A stretch of DNA of 64,000 bases, from contig JACNIG010000247.1 of the NCBI GenBank assembly GCA_014383215.1, positions 4,786-68,785 on the forward strand, given 5' to 3'. Source of the stretch: Candidatus Desulfatibia vada (GTDB taxonomy: Bacteria > Desulfobacterota > Desulfobacteria > Desulfobacterales > UBA11574). Below the pieces are notes generated by a model. The model was given only the letters and a program-made list of their open reading frames with translations, was not told the origin of the DNA and ran no database searches. How positions within the stretch are numbered: the first letter of the stretch is position 1; each line of letters opens with the position of its first letter. Made by a program: the position numbers and the translations under genes. Below, piece by piece: positions 55,093 to 64,000 of this stretch.

Positions 55093-55206
55093 GTCCGCCT
55101 GGGCATTGACAATACTTAAACATTGAATATATTAGATAAGATTCTAAAAAGCTGCCTGGCAAAGTTTATTAGTATCAATTTTTTGGAAACAGGAGACCCT
55201 TAACAG

Positions 55207-55536
55207 ATGCCCATTTACGAATACGAATGCATGCAATGCGGAAAAATCGATGAAGTTATTCAGAAATTTCACGAAAAACCACTAAAAAAATGCAACCATT
55301 GTTCCGGGAAGCTGCAAAAACTTATTTCCCATAGCAGTTTTCATCTCAAAGGGACAGGATGGTATGTAACCGACTATGCCGGCAAATCAGGAAGCCCTCC
55401 CACTACTCAAGAGACGTCGGCTAAAGCATCATCGACAGATACAAGCAAATCAGAAAGCAGTACATCATCGACAGATACAAGCAAATCAAACAGCAGTGAA
55501 ACTAAAACGGAGAAATCTGCCGATAAAACTTCATAA
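55207..55536 (+). CDS. FmdB-family zinc-ribbon protein with Ser/Thr-rich tail
   Basis: 109 aa: MPIYEYECMQCG...CNHCSG.., followed by the tandem STDTSKSESS / STDTSKSNSS. Confidence 0.85.
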   Translation: MPIYEYECMQCGKIDEVIQKFHEKPLKKCNHCSGKLQKLISHSSFHLKGTGWYVTDYAGKSGSPPTTQETSAKASSTDTSKSESSTSSTDTSKSNSSETKTEKSADKTS

Positions 55537-55737
55537 TATGCCGGCACCCCTTGCCGACTTTAACGCTCTGCATACCTTCCGGGCGTATTAGACAATAAGA
55601 AGCGGCTCTAAATAGTGCCCATCCAGGCTGATAACGACAGATACACATGGTTTTATTGGAAAAATCAAAAAATTTCCCCAAACCCCTTTACAAACAAAAA
55701 TGTGTGATTATTTTTGCTAAGTTACAACTTCAGTGTG

Positions 55738-55763
55738 CTGGAAAATTAAGGCCTTCCCCATCC
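55738..55763 (+). promoter_or_regulatory. possible sigma-32-type heat-shock promoter upstream of groES
   Basis: CTGGAA-12 nt-CCCCATCC compares with the consensus CTTGAA-13/14 nt-CCCCATnT. It lies about 85 nt upstream of groES. I saw no CIRCE inverted repeat. Confidence 0.3.
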
Positions 55764-55845
55764 GTTTCCGGCAATATCAAAGAAAACAAATTGAAGTTCT
55801 ATAACAACGTTTCTAATGATCTAATGTAAAAGGAGAATTTGAAAA

Positions 55846-56136
55846 ATGAAACTTAGACCTTTGAATGACCGAATTTTGGTAAAACGCGTTGAGGAGAAAG
55901 AAGTAACCAAGGGAGGAATCATTATCCCGGACACTGCTAAGGAAAAGCCGGCCGAAGGTAAAGTCGTTGCGATTGGAAACGGCAAATTGGGCAAAGACGG
56001 CAAGCGAATCCCGCTTACACTCAAAGTTGGTGATCGGATTCTATTCGGAAAATATGGTGGAGCGGAGATAAATCTTGATGGCGAAGAATATCTGATCATG
56101 AATGAAGGCGAAGTTCTTGGCGTTATCGAAAAATAA
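55846..56136 (+). CDS. groES: co-chaperonin GroES
   Basis: 96 aa: [14 protein letters not shown]...[13 protein letters not shown]. Confidence 0.97.
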   Translation: MKLRPLNDRILVKRVEEKEVTKGGIIIPDTAKEKPAEGKVVAIGNGKLGKDGKRIPLTLKVGDRILFGKYGGAEINLDGEEYLIMNEGEVLGVIEK

Positions 56137-56156
56137 AAAAAATAAACGGAGGATAG

Positions 56157-57821
<1,665 letters not shown>

Positions 57822-57850
57822 CCATGCCCATTTGATATTGTTTATCAAAA

Positions 57851-57885
57851 GCCTTCATGCTTTTCAGCATGGAGGCTTTTTTTTT
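57851..57885 (+). terminator. rho-independent terminator after groEL
   Basis: GCCTTCATGCT-TTTC-AGCATGGAGGC is followed by a T9 run. Confidence 0.8.
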
Positions 57886-57987
57886 GCCCGAATTTTTCGT
57901 ACTAATATCCAGATAGCTTAATTATTGGAAAGCTTGACAAAAATTGCTAAACAGGATAATTATTTATAAATAGCTGCGTTTCTAACA

Positions 57988-59052
57988 ATGATTAAAAAAT
58001 TGGGGGTTCAGATGTTTTGCAATCATATTTTCCGGGTGTTTACGTGTTTGATTATTTTTTGCGTTATGATCTTTTTCCCGTTTCATCTTGCGGCACAGCA
58101 AACCACCACGACAGTGGAGCATGAGGCCGGTTTTTACTATACCGTTCAAAAAAACGACACACTCTGGGACCTTTCACAGCGTTTTTCCGATTCTCCATGG
58201 CTATGGCCTGATTTATGGAAGGAAAACGACCAGATACTGAATCCCCACCGAATATATCCAGGCATGCGCATTCGCCTCTTTCATCAAACGGGAGTCGAAA
58301 GCTATGTTGCCAAAACTGATGAAAAGAAGCCGCTCCCTCAAGAAGAGCCGGAGCCGCCCAAAGAACTGCCCTATTACTACTATTCACCCATCGACAGAAT
58401 TGGATTTGTCAGCAAAACACCTGTCACTCCCCACGGTTACATCTTTAAAGTAAAAGATGGTAAAACCATGGTCGGTACCGGGGATCTGGTTTACATCATG
58501 CAACAGAACGACACGCCGTATGCATTGGGAGGCAAATACACCGTATATCGAACATTTGACCCCCTGACCGACAAAAAGACAAAGGCGCGCATAGGAGACC
58601 AGCATTATCTGACAGGTGTCGTCGAAATCATCAAAAAAGAACCCCGTTTTGCCATAGCCAAAGTAATACGATCCTTTCGCGACATTAAAATCAATGATCT
58701 TTTGATGCCATATAAAAAAAGGGATCCAAAAATAATCCTGACTGCAAGCCAGCCGGGGCTCAACGGAAGAATCCTTTTAACTGAAGAACACGATAGCATT
58801 ATGGCCACCAATACGGTAGCATTCATCAACAGGGGGCAGGAAGACGGGGTAGAAAAAGGACAGTCTTATAATATATATTACCAGGAAAAGGAGAAAATCG
58901 GTCAAAAGAAAAAACAAGATATTCTCCTGACACCGGTGACTTACGGTACGCTGCTGATTCTTCACACCGAACCGACAACTTCAACGGTGATTATAACCAA
59001 CTCGGAACAGACGGTGTACCCCGGCGCAATCTTTGGCAGTCCAACCGAATAA
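57988..59052 (+). CDS. LysM-domain peptidoglycan-binding protein
   Basis: 354 aa with a signal/TM and a LysM domain (YTVQKNDTLWDLSQRFSDSPWLWPDLWKENDQILNPHRIYPGMRI). Confidence 0.8.
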   Translation: MIKKLGVQMFCNHIFRVFTCLIIFCVMIFFPFHLAAQQTTTTVEHEAGFYYTVQKNDTLWDLSQRFSDSPWLWPDLWKENDQILNPHRIYPGMRIRLFHQTGVESYVAKTDEKKPLPQEEPEPPKELPYYYYSPIDRIGFVSKTPVTPHGYIFKVKDGKTMVGTGDLVYIMQQNDTPYALGGKYTVYRTFDPLTDKKTKARIGDQHYLTGVVEIIKKEPRFAIAKVIRSFRDIKINDLLMPYKKRDPKIILTASQPGLNGRILLTEEHDSIMATNTVAFINRGQEDGVEKGQSYNIYYQEKEKIGQKKKQDILLTPVTYGTLLILHTEPTTSTVIITNSEQTVYPGAIFGSPTE

Positions 59053-59056
59053 AATA

Positions 59057-59079
59057 TAAAATCGCTTCGCGATTTTATG
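59057..59079. repeat. AAAATCG-loop-CGATTTT hairpin, copy 7
   Basis: ATAAAATCGCTTCGCGATTTTAT is followed by GTTCGCCTTCGGCGAAC. Confidence 0.75.
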
Positions 59080-59107
59080 AAACGTTCGCCTTCGGCGAAC
59101 TCGAAAA

Positions 59108-59144
59108 AAAAGGAGAATCGGCTTAACCCGATTCTCCTTTTTTC
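59108..59144 (+). terminator. bidirectional-looking terminator hairpin
   Basis: The A-run is followed by AAGGAGAATCG-8 nt-CGATTCTCCTT and then TTTTT. Confidence 0.6.
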
Positions 59145-59217
59145 ATTTGACTGATTCGTTCGTATTTTTAGTAAGCCGTCGGATGGTTTCGTTTAGGTAG
59201 GGAAGTGGATAACCTGT

Positions 59218-59329
59218 ATTTCCCATGAGCAGAGCGGTTCAGGAACAAGGCATTTCAGGCCGAAGACGTAGTATTTTTACTTCGAGGGCTGAATAACACA
59301 GTTCCTGGACCGCTCTGCTTATGGGAAAT
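59218..59329. repeat. 112-nt hairpin with 29-bp outer stem
   Basis: ATTTCCCATGAGCAGAGCGGTTCAGGAAC pairs with GTTCCTGGACCGCTCTGCTTATGGGAAAT. That gives 27 Watson-Crick pairs plus 2 G-U pairs, and the G-U pairs form only in the plus-strand reading. The hairpin ends 6 nt from the pilB stop. Confidence 0.8.
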
Positions 59330-59334
59330 GTGAA

Positions 59335-61173
59335 TCAGGCTTGTTCCCAGGTTACTCTGAGCACCTCCTGGTAAGTAGTAATTCCCTTCAACAGCTTCTC
59401 GATTGCATTTTTCCTGAGGGTGACCATACCCTCTGCGATGGCCTTGCGGGTAATCTTGGCGATATCGACATCAGCGGCCGTTAGTTCCTTTAAGGAGTCT
59501 GTGTACGGGAGAACCTCATAGATGCCGGACCTGCCCCGATAACCGGTATTGCGACAGCGTATGCACCCCTCTCCTTGATAAAGAGTTAATCGACCTTTTT
59601 TGCCCACATTCAGCCCCATGTTGACCAACTCTTCCGCATCGATTTCAAAGGATTCTTTGCAAAACTTGCAAATCACTCGAACCAGTCGCTGGGCCATAAT
59701 ACCCACCAATGTGGCTTGAATCATAAATGCAGGAGTCCCCAGATCCAAAAGCCGGGTGACCACGGAGGGCGCATCGTTGGTATGCAGCGTAGATAACACC
59801 AAGTGCCCCGTCAATGCCGCCTGGATGGCGCTTGCCGCCGTTTCCAGATCACGCATTTCCCCGATCATGATAATATCCGGATCCTGACGCAAAATCGTCC
59901 TGGTGATCGTTGCGAAAGTAATACCTACCGCCGGCTGTACCGCGATCTGGTTAAACTCTTCGTTAACCATTTCAATGGGGTCTTCTATGGTCGTAATGTT
60001 GATTTCAGGGGTTGAAAGAGTTTTGAGCGTCGAGTATAGAGTTGTCGATTTGCCGCTGCCGGTAGGGCCGCAGACCAGCGCCATTCCATGGGGCATTCTA
60101 ATAAATTGATTGTAACGCTCCAAATCCGCGGGGGTGAAGCCCAGCCCGCGCAAGTCCTGGAAAAGGATATCCGGGTCCATGAGCCTCATCACCATCTTCT
60201 CCCCAAACGCCACCGGAACCGTGGAAACCCGAATCTCGGCTTCCACACCGCCTTTATCGGTCTTGATCCTTCCGTCCTGAGGCCTGCGTTTTTCCGCCAT
60301 GTCCAGCCTGGACAGGGCCTTTATCCGGCTGATGATGGCGTTGTGAACTTTTTTGGGAAGCTTATAAACCAGGTGCAGAACGCCGTCAATCCGCATCCTC
60401 ACCTGAACTTCATCCCGCTTGGGCTCGATATGGATATCACTGGCCTTCTGGTCAAAGGCGTAGACAAGCAGGTGGTTGACGGCATTCACAATATGCTGGT
60501 CATTGGGCGGGAGCTCATCGGCCGATTTTAATTTAACATACTGTTCCAGGTTACCGAGATCGACTCCCCTGGTGGCGAACATGTCCTCTGCCATGGAAAT
60601 GGAGCGCTTGAAGCCGAAAAACTCATCGATGGACTTGATAATATCGGTTTTGGAACTGACAACCGTCTTGACCTTCAACTGGGTAACACGCGTAATGTCT
60701 TCAACGACCTCAACATTAAAGGGGTTGGAGGTAGCCACGGTCAGGCATCCATCGCTGATATCGATAGGCAGAACCAGGTGTCGCATGGCAAAGGTACGCG
60801 GAATGGTGGTAGTCACGACGTTGAGGTCCAGTTTGAGTGGATCGATCTTTTTGTACGCAATCTTCCATTTTTTGGCAAGGGTCTGGAAAATGATTTCTTC
60901 ATCCAGCGGCCAGGCACGGTTATCGGCCCTGCTCAACTCAAGGGAAACAATAACATCCACAATGGTGATGGGGTTGATTATCTTAAACTCGGTACGCGAG
61001 GAAGCCAGGCGCTGGGCCCGCTGTCGCTCCAGCTTCTCACGGACGGCATCCTTTCTCCTGTAAATCTTCTTTACCTCGGCATCTGTCACCAGACCGCTTT
61101 CCAGAAGGGTTTGGCATACATTTTCCACGGAAAAGGGATTGCCTGAATCATTTTTTTTCTTTGCAGGTTTCAT
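59335..61173 (-). CDS. pilB: GspE/PilB-family secretion ATPase (type IV pilus assembly ATPase-like)
   Basis: 612 aa with a GspE_N domain, the Walker A motif CGPTGSGKST, the Asp/His boxes and the tetracysteine C..C...C..C. Confidence 0.88.
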   Translation of the reverse strand: MKPAKKKNDSGNPFSVENVCQTLLESGLVTDAEVKKIYRRKDAVREKLERQRAQRLASSRTEFKIINPITIVDVIVSLELSRADNRAWPLDEEIIFQTLAKKWKIAYKKIDPLKLDLNVVTTTIPRTFAMRHLVLPIDISDGCLTVATSNPFNVEVVEDITRVTQLKVKTVVSSKTDIIKSIDEFFGFKRSISMAEDMFATRGVDLGNLEQYVKLKSADELPPNDQHIVNAVNHLLVYAFDQKASDIHIEPKRDEVQVRMRIDGVLHLVYKLPKKVHNAIISRIKALSRLDMAEKRRPQDGRIKTDKGGVEAEIRVSTVPVAFGEKMVMRLMDPDILFQDLRGLGFTPADLERYNQFIRMPHGMALVCGPTGSGKSTTLYSTLKTLSTPEINITTIEDPIEMVNEEFNQIAVQPAVGITFATITRTILRQDPDIIMIGEMRDLETAASAIQAALTGHLVLSTLHTNDAPSVVTRLLDLGTPAFMIQATLVGIMAQRLVRVICKFCKESFEIDAEELVNMGLNVGKKGRLTLYQGEGCIRCRNTGYRGRSGIYEVLPYTDSLKELTAADVDIAKITRKAIAEGMVTLRKNAIEKLLKGITTYQEVLRVTWEQA

Positions 61174-61340
61174 ATATTAAGTATAAAGTACACTTTGTGC
61201 ATTTTGTGGCAAAAAATTTTATAACACCATGTGATGCCTTTATGGAAAAGATACTTGATGCTGGTTTCAGGATACTGGATTACAGTTTGTCCGAATTCGG
61301 ATATTTGATTATATAGAAATGAGGGGGTGGTGTCAATTGT

Positions 61341-61368
61341 GATGAATCCTATTTTTTACGGATTCATC
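61341..61368. repeat. GATGAATCC-loop-GGATTCATC hairpin (variant of the GATGAATTCG family)
   Basis: GATGAATCCTATTTTTTACGGATTCATC overlaps the stop codon of the DsbA-like gene. Confidence 0.7.
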
Positions 61369-62224
61369 AATTAGGTGTTTTCTCGATTTTTTCCAATTCT
61401 TTATCGATAAGATCCTGAAATCCTTTAAGGGTCCGGCTCCTCAATTGTTTGCCGTTGATAAAGACAGTAGGGGTGCCTCGAACTCCTGCCGCGGTACCGT
61501 CCTGCACGTCCTGCCTGATCCTTGACAATATCCCGGGATCGGCCATCTGCTTTTCGAATTCAGCGGTTTTATAGCCCAGCTCCCGGGCGATATCTTTGAT
61601 TTTTTGATCATTGATATGATTGAAATCGGCAAAAAGCCGGTCGTGAAATTCCCAGAATTTTCCCTGGACATCGGCCGCCAGGGCACCCATGGCGGCCTTG
61701 GCGGCATATTGGTGGTTGCGCAGTGGAAAGTTTTTAAAAACAAGCTTCACTTTTTCAGGATTGTTCTTGAGCACCTGCTCAAACAGCGGCACAAGCAGCG
61801 CGCAGTACTTTCACTGAAAATCGCTGAAAACAGCGATCACCACGGGTGCATCCGCCGGTCCTTTAAACGGAGAGTTGGAGGTGTCGATCTTTTGGATAAA
61901 ATCGATCACCAGGATGTCAATGGTCTGGTTGTTCCGGCTCTTGAGCAGCAGCATGTCCTCTTGTGGACCGACTTTTATTTGATCGATATGCTTGCCGACT
62001 ACGATTTTGTCTTGCAGCTTACCGTCCGCCGCATAGATCAATATCTCGCCGGTCTCGGTAAGTACAAAAATTTGCTTTCCATCCGCAGAAACAGCAACAT
62101 CAACCGGCGGCTTATTCATTTTTATCGTTTTTTGGATATCCCATTCAACAACAGCAAAGCTGCCGGCAACAAAAATCGAAACGATCAATATTGACAGCAG
62201 GCATACGGCTATTATTCGTTTCAT
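61367..62224 (-). CDS. secreted DsbA-like thiol:disulfide oxidoreductase, probable selenoprotein (in-frame TGA at 61811-61813 read as Sec; U-x-x-C centre)
   Basis: Track ORFs 61811..62224 and 61367..61792 are in the same frame, separated by one TGA and six sense codons. The read-through junction is VVIAVFSDFQ-U-KYCALLVPLFEQ, so the TGA sits at the first Cys position of the thioredoxin-fold CxxC. A signal peptide is present, and the C-terminal half is DsbA-like (FKNFPL, RGTPTVFING). Confidence 0.7.
61767..61798 (-). promoter_or_regulatory. candidate bacterial SECIS region downstream of the in-frame UGA
   Basis: The mRNA reads UGA AAG UAC UGC GCG CUG CUU GUG CCG CUG UUU GAG CAG GUG CUC AAG. 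Two alternative stem-loops are possible: CUGCU-14 nt-AGCAG, and UUGAGC-AGGU-GCUCAA (a 6-bp stem with a G-containing loop). Confidence 0.4.
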
Positions 62225-62527
62225 GCTGTAACCTTCTTTACCAAAATCAAGCTATAACCCTCAACCCGGACATACCGGAAAAGAAAAAGACCCCTTATCA
62301 CGAAAGCACGAAAGCGGAATTTTCGCCTCGCTGCAACAAGCAGCGGGGAATTCAAATTTATATTGGTTTTCAGGATTCCTTTCCGACTCAGTACTGGGTT
62401 ATTCAAAAGGTCCTTCCGGCACACTGAAACGGTTGTCCGGTTTGCCCGTTTACCGTGTTTTACACGGGCCTGGCGAACGTCTTTACCAGAGATCGGCTTG
62501 TTCAGATCATCCGGCATTATAATCAGA

Positions 62528-62875
62528 TCAATACAAACTTTTGACCTTTATTTCCAAGCAAAGGGGATCCTGATACGACCTCAACTTGAACTTAATTTCG
62601 GCTTCACAGGGTATGAAAAGCTCGAACAGATCTATCGCTTTCCCGTCCAAATCCCAAATCACGGTCTGGTCGGTAACAACAAAACGGCGCTCGACGACAA
62701 AAATAGCATCATCGCCTTTTTCCAGGATTTTAACTGTGCTGGATATTATCATATCAGGAGGCGCGGGCACGTTTTCGGCACAGACCGTATCAGGCACCGA
62801 AATCAACAAAAATAATATAATAGACGCCCCCAGGGCAATCAGTCTGAAACCGTATCGTCTTAGACTTTTATGCAT
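62528..62875 (-). CDS. small secreted hypothetical protein
   Basis: 115 aa with a signal peptide (LIALGASIILFLLISVPDTVCA). A strong GGGAGGG lies 5 nt upstream of the ATG, directly downstream of the pilY1-like gene. Confidence 0.6.
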   Translation of the reverse strand: MHKSLRRYGFRLIALGASIILFLLISVPDTVCAENVPAPPDMIISSTVKILEKGDDAIFVVERRFVVTDQTVIWDLDGKAIDLFELFIPCEAEIKFKLRSYQDPLCLEIKVKSLY

Positions 62876-62886
62876 TTATACCCTCC

Positions 62887-64000
62887 CTATTTTTCCTGCC
62901 AGGATCTCAGGCCACTTTTGATATTAAATGCCGGCGAGAGACTTTCGGAAACAATGCTGCCGGTGCTCTGCTGGATGAATCCTCTGGCTCCTTCTTCCGC
63001 CCCGGCATGCACCCCCAGGCTTGATGCTTTACCTTCACCTATACTAATTTTGTCAACAACCTTTGTACGGCTCTCCCCGCCAAGCGACTTGGTTTCGGTC
63101 CCGTTATCACTGAATACCGCCGTAGAATAGGCTGTACCGGTTTCATAATAGACGCCATAGAGATAACTGTCTCCACCGTATGCGCAGGTATCGCTATTGG
63201 GCACAAACGATGGTACAAAAACAATCCCACCCAGTATCGTCGGTTTGACTATGATGCGCTCCCCGCCTGTCATTTCTTTTATCCAGCCGTCTGTGCCTCT
63301 GGACGCGGTTATCAGGTTGTCCCATGATCCGCCCCCGCCTCCGCCTGTGTAAGTACTTCCATTCTCAAAGACGAGACCCGTATCGGTAACTTCAATGTCG
63401 GTGGCGTCCAGAAGGTCGGAATGAGCCAATGTTTTTGTGTTGCTGTAGCTGTGATAATAAACAGGGCTAGATGACTCGTACAGACCCTTGTTGAAAAACG
63501 GATCTTTTATGCCAAAAAAATACTCGGTGTCCGTGCTGTTCTTATCGTCTTCATTAAAATAACGGCCGGTCCCGCCGTATATCCATGCGTTTTCCAGTTC
63601 ATCCACACTTAATGCAAGGGATCCGGTTACCGGTCGGGTGACATCAAAAAGCTCGGAAAACTGCCACGGATTAACCGCATCTTTGGGATTATCCGAATAT
63701 TTGGCAACATCGGTTCCATCATAAACGTTAAGGCTGTCAGCCCAGGGAACATTTATCTTGAATACCTTGCCTAGCCAGTTGCTGCCGGATTTATAAGTCT
63801 CGCCGAAATAAATGGAGTCAACATTGAAATTCAGATTCTTGTCCAGGGAAACCGGCGAGTTCATAAAGGCATTGCTATCGCCGGTTGTAAAGAGCCAGTC
63901 ATTGCCCCCTGTGTCCTGGTATGGATCGCCTGTCTCTAAATCAACCACATAGACGTGACCGGTCTGGCCGCTTTCACCTGTGCAGCCACTGGGCCCGGAA
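62887..64000 (-). CDS. PilY1-like type IV pilus-associated protein, C-terminal part (gene continues past window end)
   Basis: The frame stays open upstream of the track's GTG at 63948 (...GHVYVVDLETGDPY). The C-terminal region is beta-propeller-like (TILGGIVFVPSFVPNSDTCAYGGDSYLYGVYYETGTAY). Confidence 0.65.
   Translation of the reverse strand, partial: SGPSGCTGESGQTGHVYVVDLETGDPYQDTGGNDWLFTTGDSNAFMNSPVSLDKNLNFNVDSIYFGETYKSGSNWLGKVFKINVPWADSLNVYDGTDVAKYSDNPKDAVNPWQFSELFDVTRPVTGSLALSVDELENAWIYGGTGRYFNEDDKNSTDTEYFFGIKDPFFNKGLYESSSPVYYHSYSNTKTLAHSDLLDATDIEVTDTGLVFENGSTYTGGGGGGSWDNLITASRGTDGWIKEMTGGERIIVKPTILGGIVFVPSFVPNSDTCAYGGDSYLYGVYYETGTAYSTAVFSDNGTETKSLGGESRTKVVDKISIGEGKASSLGVHAGAEEGARGFIQQSTGSIVSESLSPAFNIKSGLRSWQEK

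Noticed and set aside
61811-61813. Reading the TGA as a genuine stop, giving two genes or a pseudogene
   Set aside because: I considered this explanation less likely. The stop falls exactly on the catalytic Cys codon, the frame is maintained, the downstream part has no ATG, RBS or signal peptide of its own, and hairpins follow the TGA. It is kept as the explicit alternative in the finding.

Overview
This 64-kb window looks like a mostly housekeeping chromosomal segment. Gene content suggests a sulfate-reducer-like deltaproteobacterium (Desulfobacterales-type), but that is an inference. Recognisable blocks, in order:
- a DUF2064/GT2 glycosyltransferase pair
- HU
- an intact IS256-family element with a 9-bp target duplication
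- csp
- a DedA-like/FAD-disulfide-reductase fusion
- a GGDEF protein
- an operon of a bactofilin, a Csd4/Pgp1-like carboxypeptidase and a coiled-coil membrane protein
- ruvCAB
- the complete tol-pal cluster
- sdhCAB
- a chemosensory cluster (HTH, STAS, CheA-REC, MCP, CheW, CheB, CheR)
- MscS, an HTH-EIIA(Ntr) fusion, ClC and USP
- murI, recR, ybaB and dnaX
- two tRNA-Ser genes
- hflKC and groESL
- type IV pilus genes (pilB, pilY1)

I found no obvious defence island or CRISPR array. The most notable signals are:
1. A DsbA-like gene is split in the ORF track by an in-frame TGA exactly at the first Cys of the CxxC motif, so it is probably a selenoprotein.
2. The intergenic DNA is unusually rich in structured repeats. 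These include a ~237-bp long-hairpin element in three copies (one inside the sdh operon), many hairpins whose arms are degenerate tandem 7-nt words, and two small hairpin families.
3. A bactofilin is operonically linked to a Csd4-like peptidase.
4. An MCP carries an 8-Cys module inserted in its HAMP connector.

Two gene remnants with large internal deletions are also present. All coordinates for repeats and regulatory sites were read by eye and are approximate to a few bases.
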